DNA of 64,000 nt from assembly GCA_965220375.1 (NCBI GenBank), contig OZ244824.1, forward strand, positions 2,125,133 through 2,189,132. Direction: 5' to 3'. The stretch comes from Dehalococcoidia bacterium (lineage in GTDB: Bacteria; Chloroflexota; Dehalococcoidia; Lucifugimonadales; JAGWBF01). The notes under the pieces are model-generated. The model saw nothing but the letters and a program-made list of their open reading frames with translations, ran no database searches and had not been told where the DNA came from. Position 1 is the stretch's first letter; each line of letters begins with the position of its first letter. Below, in pieces: positions 1 through 11,038 of this stretch. The position numbers were made by a program, and so were the translations under genes.

Positions 1-141
1 GGTCCCTGGTCACCGAAAAGATACACACCATCAGCGGTGTTGTACGTACCGTTACCTGCGTGGCAGTTGGCAGCTAGGTAGCTGCCTCGGGTCCATCCGA
101 GCTCTCGGTCCTTTGTTTCCGTCCCCAGGAGGCGCAACACC

Positions 142-1317
142 ATGGATTTTCGGCTATCCTCTGCTGACGAAGACTTCCGCACATCCCTATTGCAGTTTCT
201 TGGCCAAGAGTTGCCTCCGGGATGGGAGGGAAGGGGGCGTTGGGCTGAGGATGATGATTGGGACTTCACCAAGGACCTGCGCGGGAAGCTGGCTGACAAG
301 GGCTGGCTGACCATGCACTGGCCCGAGGAGTATGGCGGGCAAGGGACTTCTCCCGTGCGCTCGGCTTTGTTCAACGAGGAGATGTCCTACAACCGCGCTC
401 CTGGACGGGATATCTTCGGCGTCCGAATGTTGGCCCCGACCCTCATGATCTACGGAACAGAGGAGCAGAAGAAGGAGTTCCTTCTTCCCGTGGCTAAGGG
501 GGAAGTGCAGTGGTGCCAGGGCTACAGCGAACCGGGGTCGGGGTCCGATCTGGCCTCCCTGCAAACGCGGGCTGTCGCCGATGGCGATGACTACGTGATC
601 AATGGCAGCAAAATATGGACGACCATGGCCCACAGGGCCGACTGGATCATGCTGCTGGCCCGCACCGATACCGATGCCCCCAAGCACCGGGGAATCAGCT
701 TCATCCTGGTGGATATGAAGACCCCCGGCGTAACCGTGCAGCCTGTCCACAACATGACGGGCGGTCATGACTTCAACCAGGTGTTCTTCGACAATGTCCG
801 CGTTCCCAAGCGTAACCTGGTCGGTGAAGAAAACAGGGGCTGGTACGTTGGCGTTACCCTTCTGGACTTCGAGCGGTCGGGGATCGACTATTCGGCCATA
901 TCCCGGCGCATCCTTTCGGATGTGACGGAGTATGCGAAAAACACCAAGGCCAACGGGGGAACATTGGTTTCCGACCCCCGCGTCCGCAACCTGCTCATCG
1001 AACGTCATATAGAATCGGAAACGGCAAGGCTGCTTGCATACGGCGTGGCCTGGATGCAGGGAGAAGGGATGGTGCCCAACAAAGAGGCGTCAATGAGCAA
1101 GGTGTTCGGCTCGGAGACCTTGCAGCGAGTAACCGCATCCTGCCTTGAGATCCTGGGTCTTTACGGCCAGCTCCGCGATGGAGATGCCTGGGCGCCCCTC
1201 AAGGGTCGGGTGCCTGAGGACTGGATGCACTCCTTCTCCCACACCGTGGCGGCCGGCACATCGGAGGTTCAGCGCAACATAATCGCCTCCAGGGGACTGG
1301 GCCTGCCCCGAGGGTAA
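142..1317 (+). CDS. acyl-CoA dehydrogenase family protein
   Basis: 391-aa ORF. It has an ACAD-like N-terminus and the central motif 'QGYSEPGSGSDLASLQTRA...INGSKIWTT'. Confidence 0.85.
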   Translation: MDFRLSSADEDFRTSLLQFLGQELPPGWEGRGRWAEDDDWDFTKDLRGKLADKGWLTMHWPEEYGGQGTSPVRSALFNEEMSYNRAPGRDIFGVRMLAPTLMIYGTEEQKKEFLLPVAKGEVQWCQGYSEPGSGSDLASLQTRAVADGDDYVINGSKIWTTMAHRADWIMLLARTDTDAPKHRGISFILVDMKTPGVTVQPVHNMTGGHDFNQVFFDNVRVPKRNLVGEENRGWYVGVTLLDFERSGIDYSAISRRILSDVTEYAKNTKANGGTLVSDPRVRNLLIERHIESETARLLAYGVAWMQGEGMVPNKEASMSKVFGSETLQRVTASCLEILGLYGQLRDGDAWAPLKGRVPEDWMHSFSHTVAAGTSEVQRNIIASRGLGLPRG

Positions 1318-1457
1318 TCGTCAAGGGGCCTCCAACCCCCCTTCGCAAGGTCTATAGTTTCGACAAGACTGGCAGACTTCCGGCCCGGCAGGGCCATCCT
1401 GTCTGAACATGGGATTCTCCGAGAACTCCAAATCATAGTCCCGCAGGGAGGACAGCA

Positions 1458-1820
1458 ATGCCCCAAGAGGTGCACTTCGATATACCCATCAACGAGTCCG
1501 ACAGGGCCGAAAGGTTCTACGGAGGTCTGTTCGGCTGGTCTTTTAAGAAGGTACCGGCGCCCAACATGGAGTACTGGGTGATACGCGCTGCCGAAGGGGA
1601 TGCGCTGGGGGGCCTCATTCAACGAACCGGCCCGGACCAGACCAACGTCAACTACTACACCGTGGACTCTATTGATGAAGCGCTGGCTAGGGTGGGAGAG
1701 CTGGGGGGCAGGGTCGTCGTAGGCAAGACGGCTATTCCTTACGTCGGATACAATGCCCAATGCGTGGACTCCGAGGGCAATCCCTTGGGCTTATGGCAGA
1801 ACGACAAGGATGCAAGGTAG
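1458..1820 (+). CDS. VOC (glyoxalase/bleomycin-resistance fold) family protein
   Basis: 120-aa ORF. 'HFDIPINESDRAERFYGGLFGW' and the C-terminal 'DSEGNPLGLWQ' are typical of small VOC proteins. Confidence 0.7.
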   Translation: MPQEVHFDIPINESDRAERFYGGLFGWSFKKVPAPNMEYWVIRAAEGDALGGLIQRTGPDQTNVNYYTVDSIDEALARVGELGGRVVVGKTAIPYVGYNAQCVDSEGNPLGLWQNDKDAR

Positions 1821-1849
1821 GGACCAAGGGAGAAGATGAGGAGATTTCC

Positions 1850-2983
1850 ATGGACTTAGGGCTTACCGAAACTCAGCAGATGCTGAAAAGCAGCGCCCGG
1901 GAATTCCTGGAGAGCGAATGTCCCCCTGCCCTGGTCCGCCAGATGGAAGAGGATGAGAGAGGCCATCCCGAGCAGGTGTGGAGGCAGATGTCAGCCCTGG
2001 GATGGTGCGGTCTTGCCTTCCCCGAGGAGCACGGCGGCACCGGCGGGGACTTCATGGACCTGGCCGTTCTCCTGGAGGAGATGGGAAGGGCGCTGTTGCC
2101 AGGGCCTTTCTTCTCCACCGTTGTGCTGGGAGGCCTGACGATCATGGATGGTGGTACCGAAGGTCAGAAGCGCGAGTACATCCCGCCGATTTGCGAGGGC
2201 CGAACTACCGTGGCCTTGGCCTTGGTCGAGGACAGCGCCACTTATGAGCCTTGGGGAGTAAAGGCCAGCGCCCGCCGGTCCGGGGATGGATACATCATCG
2301 ATGGCGCGAAGCTGTTCGTGCCCGATGGTCAGATTGCCGACGTGTTTCTCGTCGCTGCCCGAACATCGGAAAGCTCCGACCCCGCCGACGGCATAAGCTG
2401 CTTCCTCGTACCGTCGAGCCTTGCAGGCATCGCCATCAGGCCCATGCGGACGCTGGCGGGCGACAAGCAGTGTGAGGTGGTGCTTGCTGGCGTGGAAGTG
2501 CCCGAAGCGGCGCTTCTGGGGCTGGAGGGCAAGGGTTGGCCTCTGTTGGAGCGCACCCTGAAGAGGGCGACGGCAGCGAAGTCCCTGGAGATGCTGGGGG
2601 GCGCCGAGGCTGTGCTGGATTTGACGGTCGGCTACGCCAAGCAGCGGGTGCAGTTCGGTCGTCCCGTGGGCAGCTTTCAGGCAGTACAGCACCACTGCGC
2701 GAACATGGCTACGGAAGTCGAATGCTGCCGTTACGTTGCCTACCAGGCAGCCTGGAAGCTTACCGAGGATGGTGCCGCGGACAGAGAAATTTCGATGGCC
2801 AAGGCTTGGACCAGCCGCTCCTACCAGCGGGTCTGTTCCCTGGCCCACCAGTGCCACGGCGCCATCGGCTTCACCTGGGACCACGACCTCCAGCTGTACA
2901 CACGCAGAGCGAAGGCCCAGGAGTCCCTCTACGGCGGTCCGGGGTACCATGAGGACCTGGTCGGCCAAGCATTGGGCATCTAA
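1850..2983 (+). CDS. acyl-CoA dehydrogenase family protein
   Basis: ACAD-like sequence ('FPEEHGGTG', 'GAKLFVPDG', 'RVQFGRPVGSFQAVQH'). The start is moved from 1760 to the ATG at 1850, which follows GAGGAG with about 6 nt spacing and avoids overlap with the upstream gene. Confidence 0.85.
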   Translation: MDLGLTETQQMLKSSAREFLESECPPALVRQMEEDERGHPEQVWRQMSALGWCGLAFPEEHGGTGGDFMDLAVLLEEMGRALLPGPFFSTVVLGGLTIMDGGTEGQKREYIPPICEGRTTVALALVEDSATYEPWGVKASARRSGDGYIIDGAKLFVPDGQIADVFLVAARTSESSDPADGISCFLVPSSLAGIAIRPMRTLAGDKQCEVVLAGVEVPEAALLGLEGKGWPLLERTLKRATAAKSLEMLGGAEAVLDLTVGYAKQRVQFGRPVGSFQAVQHHCANMATEVECCRYVAYQAAWKLTEDGAADREISMAKAWTSRSYQRVCSLAHQCHGAIGFTWDHDLQLYTRRAKAQESLYGGPGYHEDLVGQALGI

Positions 2984-3005
2984 TTTGCCGGGAAGGAAGG
3001 GCTAA

Positions 3006-3464
3006 ATGCGGATCGAAAAGCGAATGGAAGAGCTGGGCATGGAGATGCCCACTGCTCGTCCCGTGCGCGCCAACAGGGTCTATGCTATGCGCACCGGAAA
3101 CATCGTGTACGTCTCGGGCAGCACCGCCAACTATCCCGATGGCCGGAGAGTCTTGGGGAAGGTGGGCCGGGACGTTACCGTGGAAGAAGCTTATCAAGGC
3201 GCCCGTCAAGCCGCCATAAACCTGCTGGCATCCCTCAAAGAGTGCATAGGCGACCTGGACGATGTAAGGCAGATAGTAAAGCTGCTGTGCATGGTGAACA
3301 CGGCGGAAGATTTCTACGATGCCCCCAGCGTGGCCAACGGCGCTTCCGACGTCTTCGTGGAGCTGTACGGCGAGCGGGGACGACACGCCCGCTCCGCAGT
3401 GGGTATCGCCTGTCCTGCCGGGAACTCTTGCATCGAAGTGGAAATGGTGGTGGAGGTAGCTTAG
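3006..3464 (+). CDS. RidA/YjgF family reactive-intermediate deaminase-like protein
   Basis: 152-aa ORF with a YjgF/L-PSP-like sequence ('VYVSGSTA', 'ARSAVGIA...CIEVEMVVE'). Confidence 0.75.
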   Translation: MRIEKRMEELGMEMPTARPVRANRVYAMRTGNIVYVSGSTANYPDGRRVLGKVGRDVTVEEAYQGARQAAINLLASLKECIGDLDDVRQIVKLLCMVNTAEDFYDAPSVANGASDVFVELYGERGRHARSAVGIACPAGNSCIEVEMVVEVA

Positions 3465-3472
3465 GAGGCCGC

Positions 3473-3832
3473 ATGGTTACTAGGGACTGCATCTTCTGCA
3501 GGATAGCCAGGGAGGAACCGCCGGGTCAGATCATCTACAGGGATGATCGTGTCTTCGTGATCAGGGATGTACAACCCCAAGCCCCGGTGCATCTGCTGAT
3601 CCTCCCCCTCCATCACATGGCTTCCCTGGCCTATGTCGGGCCAGGCCAAGAGCAGATGATGGGCCACATCTTCATGGTGGCCGAGGAGATGGCGCGGCGG
3701 GAGGGGGTCACCATTGGCGGGTACCGTCTCGCGATAAACCAGGGTCCCGATGCGGGCCAGACGGTGGAGCACACCCATGTGCACCTCCTCGGCGGGGAAC
3801 CTCTGTCGCCCGTGGGCACCAGCCGGCGGTGA
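3473..3832 (+). CDS. HIT family (histidine triad) nucleotide hydrolase
   Basis: 'CIFCRI' N-terminus and the histidine triad 'HTHVHLLGG'. The ATG at 3473 follows an AGGAGG-like site, and the longer 3242 ORF overlaps the RidA gene. Confidence 0.85.
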   Translation: MVTRDCIFCRIAREEPPGQIIYRDDRVFVIRDVQPQAPVHLLILPLHHMASLAYVGPGQEQMMGHIFMVAEEMARREGVTIGGYRLAINQGPDAGQTVEHTHVHLLGGEPLSPVGTSRR

Positions 3833-4419
3833 TGGCAGGTCTTCAGGATCTGCTGGAGCAGAAGGTCAGCCTTTTGCCCAGGGGTCTGCAGCAGCATATC
3901 TCCCGTGTTGTGTCCGTGGCCGAACACCTTGCGCGGCATCACGGCGTCGATGAGGAGACGACAAGGCTGGGGGCCTTGGCCCACGATCTGGCCCGTGCGA
4001 TGAAGGGCGAGGAGCTGCTGAGGATGGCGAGGGAGCTGAAGGTGCCCATTCATCCCGTGGAAGAGCGGGTGCCCATTCTCCTGCATGGCCCCGTCGCGGC
4101 GGAGATACTGCGACAGCAGGAGGGACTGGACGATGACAGCATCCATGAAGCCATCTACTGGCACAGCACCGCCCACCCTGGACTGGATGCTGCCGGCAAG
4201 GTGGTCTTCCTGTCGGACAAGCTGGACCCCAAGAAGATAGACCGCTACCCATACCTGCCCCAGCTTGCGGAGTTGGCGGAGAGCAGCCTGGACAAGGCGG
4301 TGCTGGACTTCCTGGACCGAGAGCTGGCCGCGCTCTTCCGGCAGGGAAGCCTGGTCCACCCAACCTCGGTGGAAACCCGCAATCAGCTTCTAATGACCCT
4401 GGGCAGCGCATCCTCGTAA
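3829..4419 (+). CDS. HD-domain phosphohydrolase, YqeK-like
   Basis: 'HISRVVSVAEHLARHHG...LGALAHDLARA' is an HD motif arrangement as in YqeK. Its start overlaps the HIT stop (ATGA). Confidence 0.65.
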   Translation: MMAGLQDLLEQKVSLLPRGLQQHISRVVSVAEHLARHHGVDEETTRLGALAHDLARAMKGEELLRMARELKVPIHPVEERVPILLHGPVAAEILRQQEGLDDDSIHEAIYWHSTAHPGLDAAGKVVFLSDKLDPKKIDRYPYLPQLAELAESSLDKAVLDFLDRELAALFRQGSLVHPTSVETRNQLLMTLGSASS

Positions 4420-4431
4420 CCAGGGGGACAC

Positions 4432-5616
4432 ATGGCAATTTCATCCAAGATACGTGGGCTGGCGGGGGAGGGGAGCGCCATCCGCAAGATGTTCGAAGCG
4501 GGTATCGCCCTCAAGGCCCAACACGGCGAGGATAAGGTGTTCGATCTCTCCTTGGGGAACCCGGTTGCCGAGCCGCCGGACAGGTTTCGCCAGGTGCTAA
4601 GGGAGCTGGCGCGGGAACCCCGGCCCGGAATGCACCGTTACATGCCCAACGCGGGCTACAACGACACCCGAAGGGCTGTCGCCGAGGGACTCACGGCCGA
4701 AACCGGCATCGCCTTCTCCCTGGAAGATGTGGTCATGACCTGCGGGGCTGCGGCTGCCCTCAACGTCGTCCTGAAGACTATCATCGACCCTGGCGACGAG
4801 GTGCTCTTCTTCGCCCCTTACTTCGTCGAGTACCGCTACTATGCCGATAATCACAACGGCATCCCTGTGGTGGTCCCCACCGATGCAGACTTTCAGCCGG
4901 ACCTGGCGGCCCTGGAGTCCCTGGTATCGCCCAAGACAAGGGCGGTGCTGATAAACTCACCCAACAATCCTTCCGGGGCTGTGTACTCGGCAGAGCGGAT
5001 TTCCGCTCTCTGCGCCCTGCTGGAAGAGAAGAGCAGCCGTTTTGGCACCGAGATCTTCCTGGTCAGCGACGAGCCATACAGGCAGCTGCTCTACGATGGC
5101 CTCAGCTACCCCCACGTCTTTCCCTACTACGGCCCCACTATAACGGTCCACTCCCACGCCAAGGACCTGGCGCTGCCCGGCGAGAGGATCGGACACATCG
5201 CGGTCAATCCGGCTTACGAGAGCCGCCGCGAGCTGGTGGACGGGCTTGTCTTCTGCAACCGCATCCTGGGATTCGTCAACGCTCCCGCCCTCATGCAGCA
5301 TGCCGTGCGGGAGCTTCAGGGGATCTCCGTGGATGTAGCCGACTATCAGCGCAAGCGGGACTTCCTATATGGTGAGCTGGTGGGGATGGGTTACTCCTGC
5401 TTCAAACCCCAGGGAGCCTTCTACCTGTTCCCCCGGTCCCCCGTGGAAGATGAAGAGGCATTTGTAGAGGAGCTACAGTCCTGGAATGTGCTCGTTGTAC
5501 CGGGACGCACCTTCGGTTCCCCGGGATTCTTCCGCATCTCCTACTGCGTCGAGGACCGGGTGCTGGAAGGGTCGTTGGAAGGGTTTCGCCAGGCGGCCCT
5601 GAAGTTCGGCCTGTAG
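4432..5616 (+). CDS. pyridoxal-phosphate-dependent aminotransferase (class I/II)
   Basis: 394-aa ORF. 'LINSPNNPSG' and 'SHAKDLALPGERIG' (PLP-lysine context) are typical of Asp/Ala aminotransferases. Confidence 0.85.
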   Translation: MAISSKIRGLAGEGSAIRKMFEAGIALKAQHGEDKVFDLSLGNPVAEPPDRFRQVLRELAREPRPGMHRYMPNAGYNDTRRAVAEGLTAETGIAFSLEDVVMTCGAAAALNVVLKTIIDPGDEVLFFAPYFVEYRYYADNHNGIPVVVPTDADFQPDLAALESLVSPKTRAVLINSPNNPSGAVYSAERISALCALLEEKSSRFGTEIFLVSDEPYRQLLYDGLSYPHVFPYYGPTITVHSHAKDLALPGERIGHIAVNPAYESRRELVDGLVFCNRILGFVNAPALMQHAVRELQGISVDVADYQRKRDFLYGELVGMGYSCFKPQGAFYLFPRSPVEDEEAFVEELQSWNVLVVPGRTFGSPGFFRISYCVEDRVLEGSLEGFRQAALKFGL

Positions 5617-5643
5617 GCTGCCCGCCCTTGCTGTTCCCGGCCG

Positions 5644-6948
5644 CTAGACGGTCGCCGACCTGCGAGCGGGCTTTCGCATCAGTGCAAAGCAGACTGCCGC
5701 GGTCCCGATAAACACCAGGCACAGCATCAGGGGGAAGCTGTAGTCTCCCCCGGTATGGTCGGCCCACCAGCCGACGAACATCGGAGAACCCACCAGCACA
5801 CCGCTTTGGGAGAAGGTGATGATTCCCCTCAGGCTGGCGAACTTGCGACGCCCGTAATAGTCTCCCAAAGCTGCCCAGCCGATGATGCCCACGCTCTCCC
5901 CGATACCCGTGAACACCAGGTACAGCACTATGGCCCAGGGAGAGGTGTCCCACGATCCCATGAGAATCAGCAGACAAGCCAGGGAACCGACGACCGCGCA
6001 GAGGGTCATTATGGGTGGCTTGGGCCACCGGTCGGACGCCCAGCCGATGGCAACCCTGGCGACCACGTTGGTCGCCAGCATCAGGGCGATCAGATAGCCG
6101 GCGGTCTCCAGGCTGGCTCCCTTCCAGATGAGTATAGGCTGGAGATTGACCAAGATGCCCATGACGGCGAGCTGGCGCAGCACCATGCCGAGCAGCAGCA
6201 GCCAGTATGTGCTGGTCCGTAATGCCTCCGAGATGCTGAAGTCTCTCGGATCGATGGCGGGTCGGCTGCCGGAAGCCCCCTGCTCCCTCGCGGGTTGGGG
6301 GCCGGAGGCAGGGTCATCGCCGTCGGGAAGCAGTCCTATGCTTTCGGGAGAGGTCCTGATCACAAGGGTGAAGGGCAGCACCACCCCGAGGAATATCAAG
6401 CCTGACATGAATGAAGCCCACTCCCATCCCGCGCGGGCGATCAACAGGGTCAATATGGGAATGAGCACAACGCCCCCCAGGGCGGCTGATGAGGCGAGCA
6501 GGGACAATGCCAAGGCCCGATTGCGGATGAACCACATGTTCAGTCCCGCAAAGATGGCGTGCTGGAAGGAGACGCTGGCGCCCAGGGATATCATTCCAAG
6601 GTACACCAGGGCAAAGGAGATGAAGTCGTCCACCCTGGCAAACAACAGGTAGCCGATCCCCGCAATGATGATGCCCAGGACTGCCAGCAGCCGGTTCCCA
6701 AACTTGTCGATCAGGTATCCCGCCGCGGGACCTTCCAGGCCGCCTTCAGCCCGGGATATGGAGAAGACCAGCGAGGTCTGGAAGTTGGTCAGGCGCAGAG
6801 AGTCCCTCAGAGGAACGAAGAAGACCGAGAATCCCCTGAAGAAGATGCCGCTGGCAAAGAACATCATGAAGCATGATGCAGCGGCCACTTTCCAGCCGTA
6901 GTAGATGCCCTTTGTCCCTGACCCCGGTAACCAAGCTCGCAGATTCAA
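5644..6948 (-). CDS. MFS transporter
   Basis: 434-aa polytopic hydrophobic protein in two six-helix halves, joined by a hydrophilic central loop. Confidence 0.8.
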   Translation of the reverse strand: MNLRAWLPGSGTKGIYYGWKVAAASCFMMFFASGIFFRGFSVFFVPLRDSLRLTNFQTSLVFSISRAEGGLEGPAAGYLIDKFGNRLLAVLGIIIAGIGYLLFARVDDFISFALVYLGMISLGASVSFQHAIFAGLNMWFIRNRALALSLLASSAALGGVVLIPILTLLIARAGWEWASFMSGLIFLGVVLPFTLVIRTSPESIGLLPDGDDPASGPQPAREQGASGSRPAIDPRDFSISEALRTSTYWLLLLGMVLRQLAVMGILVNLQPILIWKGASLETAGYLIALMLATNVVARVAIGWASDRWPKPPIMTLCAVVGSLACLLILMGSWDTSPWAIVLYLVFTGIGESVGIIGWAALGDYYGRRKFASLRGIITFSQSGVLVGSPMFVGWWADHTGGDYSFPLMLCLVFIGTAAVCFALMRKPARRSATV

Positions 6949-7097
6949 TGATGGTCGATTCTTTCAGGTTGAATATCGGCGGGTTGAAGGTGGATTCCCA
7001 GCAGATATAGTGGATGATTATACACTCCGGGGAGAGCATCCCCATCGTATTGTCATAATCTGCATTGGATTTGCCAAAAAATCCAAGCTGCGTAGAT

Positions 7098-7127
7098 ACG
7101 ACATATCCATGTCCAAGATGGTATAAT
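7098..7127 (+). promoter_or_regulatory. candidate sigma70-type promoter with extended -10 (TGgTATAAT) upstream of gyrB
   Basis: TGgTATAAT lies at 7119..7127, with a weak -35-like ACGACA 18 nt upstream. It sits in an AT-rich divergent intergenic region. Confidence 0.35.
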
Positions 7128-7151
7128 TTAACTATACCTCGACCAGCATGA

Positions 7152-9197
<2,046 letters not shown>

Positions 9198-9345
9198 GCT
9201 CAGGGTTCGGGACGGCTCCCGCGCGCTGGCGCCACTGGTCAGGAAGCCTGCAGCAACCTAGCTACGCCTGCGGACGGAAGGGCGCCAGATTCCCGTTTGC
9301 ACAGGAATGACGAATGGCGGGGGGACCATTGTGTAACCTTAGGTG

Positions 9346-9394
9346 ACGGCTGTCCGTTCGCCCTGAGGCAACTCGAAGGGGAACGGACAGCCGT
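9346..9394. repeat. hairpin intergenic repeat (GTCCGTTCGCCCTGAGG...TCGAAGGGGAACGGAC family), copy 1
   Basis: Near-perfect inverted repeat acggctgtccgttc / gaacggacagccgt around a 21-nt loop. Related copies lie at 9547..9590 (inverted) and 44004..44054. Confidence 0.8.
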
Positions 9395-9399
9395 AACTG

Positions 9400-9546
9400 C
9401 GCCTTGAATCCTGCCCTGCCCTTCCCGCGTTTGTGCCCCCCGGGGATCTGAGCCAAGGTCCCCAGTGGGAGAGGAGATGGGGTGGGGTGAGAGGGGTCTT
9501 ACTTGGTGAGCAGCATCTCAAGCACTTTGGGCAGCGCCTGCCTTGG
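9400..9546. repeat. diverged direct-repeat copy of 10335..10471, including a relic of the selenoprotein gene 3' end
   Basis: Alignable by eye to 10335..10471. The minus-strand reading of 9497..9541 gives '...RQALPKVLEMLLTK*', against '...RQALPKVLEILLTK*' at the live gene end. Confidence 0.7.
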
Positions 9547-9590
9547 CCCGCCCGTTCCCCTTCGAATGCCTCAGGGCGAACGGACGGGGG
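9547..9590. repeat. hairpin intergenic repeat, copy 2 (inverted orientation)
   Basis: cccgcccgttccccttcgaatgcctcagggcgaacggacggggg is the reverse-orientation version of the 9346 element. Confidence 0.75.
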
Positions 9591-9827
9591 AGGGGCCCAC
9601 CACGGACGGGCGTCGGGGGCTCACCACGAACGACCAACCATGGTTTTGCCCCGAAAATTGGGTGGATAAAGCACTGGCATACAAGCCTCCCCAAAAAAAG
9701 TGAGACAGACCAACGAGAACGGCATGACAGAACCACGAAAGCGAAAGTCTAAACCATAACAAGAGGGCGTAGCAGTACAATGGGGCGAGACAACCTCTAG
9801 GATGATGAGGGGAGGAACACACTCAGA

Positions 9828-10322
9828 ATGCAAGCGGCTCGCAAACTCGGTCTTGGTGTTCTTGGTGCGGGCCTGCACGTCTTCAACGTCCCCAGCTACC
9901 TATCAAACGGCATATGGTGGGACGGCCTCCTAGGAGGAGGAGTCATAGTTCAGATAGTGATAGCGGTCGTAGGGACAGCTCTAATACTTACGTCCGTTAT
10001 TATGTTGGCGCTGCCGAACAGAAAGGAGACTCCTCAACAGCGATTCCGTCGAATATATCTCGACATTCGATGGTTAGCCGGTCGGATCGCTCGCGATGGA
10101 GTATTCCGGGGAGGCATCCCCAGCGACGATATCAGGTTCAGGGGCATCCAAGCGGAGCTAGTCGACTTGGAGATCCCTTTCGATCCCGAGGCAGCATTCT
10201 GTTACCAATTCTTGGTTGACCTAGCTGTGCTCTCAAAGCGTGGCACGCTAGAGCCAGCTCGCACTCTCTGGCTTTACTATGTTTCTAAGGAGATCAAGCC
10301 TTCTGCCATTGAGGCAAGTTAA
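9828..10322 (+). CDS. hypothetical membrane-anchored protein
   Basis: 164-aa ORF with one or two N-terminal hydrophobic helices and no recognisable family. Local composition is more AT-rich than the flanks. Confidence 0.4.
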   Translation: MQAARKLGLGVLGAGLHVFNVPSYLSNGIWWDGLLGGGVIVQIVIAVVGTALILTSVIMLALPNRKETPQQRFRRIYLDIRWLAGRIARDGVFRGGIPSDDIRFRGIQAELVDLEIPFDPEAAFCYQFLVDLAVLSKRGTLEPARTLWLYYVSKEIKPSAIEAS

Positions 10323-10334
10323 CCATATATTAGC

Positions 10335-10471
10335 CTAATCCTGCCCTTCCCATCCCGCGTTGCGTGCAGTCCGGGCCTGCCCGCGCAAAAGACCCCTCTC
10401 CCACGGGGGAGAGGGGTTGGGTGAGGGAGCTTACTTGGTCAGCAGTATCTCTAGCACTTTGGGCAGTGCCT
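10335..10471. repeat. direct-repeat copy B (contains a 10-bp-stem hairpin cccctctccc/gggagagggg and the live 3' end of the selenoprotein gene)
   Basis: Aligns to 9400..9546. The perfect hairpin at about 10391..10414 sits just downstream of the stop at 10431. Confidence 0.7.
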
Positions 10472-10973
10472 GCCTTGCCCGCTCCATGACCACCCAGTCC
10501 TCGACGCTTCCCACCGGATGGGTCACAACCGCAAAGGGATAGCCGTCGATCCCACGAATCTTCGCGATGGAGCGTCCCGTAGGAACGAAAGGCTCGGTGC
10601 ATATGGCAGCCGCCGGCTTGCCTGCCTTCTCCACTGTGATGGCATCGTGCACACTGCACGAGCTGCAGGACCCTCAATCACCTGTCGCGGTAATCACCAG
10701 GTCGCACTTGCGCAGCAGCTCATCCACCACCGGCGTCGGGGCGGGACGGGATGCGTCCCCCTTGTTCACCCGCACGGCGCCCTGCAGCTCGTAGCGCTCA
10801 TCCAGCAGGGTATAGACCGCCTCCAGCAGCTTGTCGGAGTTGCGTTTCCCATTGGCCAGCAGGCCGACCATCAGGCCGTCCAGGTCTGCAGGCCTGGGGG
10901 CCATGTTGGTGTGGTCTGCCATCGCCTCGACGGTAGGGTCCAGGATCGTCAGCTTAGTTGCTTCGATGACCAT
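10431..10973 (-). CDS. UGSC-motif selenoprotein (in-frame UGA at 10674..10676 read as Sec)
   Basis: ORFs 10674..10973 and 10431..10652 are in the same frame and separated by a single TGA. The joined product reads '...LVITATGD-U-GSCSSCSVHDAITVEKAGK...', and an RNA hairpin follows the TGA directly. Confidence 0.65.
10641..10673 (-). promoter_or_regulatory. candidate bacterial SECIS stem-loop
   Basis: The minus-strand RNA GGGUCCUGCAGCUCGUGCAGUGUGCACGAUGCC can form either CUGCA-GCUCG-UGCAG or GUGCA-GUG-UGCAC immediately 3' of the UGA. Confidence 0.35.
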
Positions 10974-11038
10974 GCTGTCACTCTCCCATCAGATTGGCGT
11001 CATTATACCACCGGGCGCGCCCCGGCATTCGCCCCCTG

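Noticed and set aside
187-1008. Long antisense or overlapping ORFs inside well-supported genes. Examples: 187..1008 (-), 1991..2968 (-), 11204..12115 (+), 17475..18806 (-), 19166..20557 (-), 27391..28353 (-), 29835..30926 (-), 49037..50212 (-), 54904..56109 (+).
   Set aside because: These are typical shadow ORFs of high-GC DNA. Their translations are Arg/Pro/Gly/Ala-rich and low-complexity with no recognisable motifs. Each fully overlaps a gene with clear family signatures.
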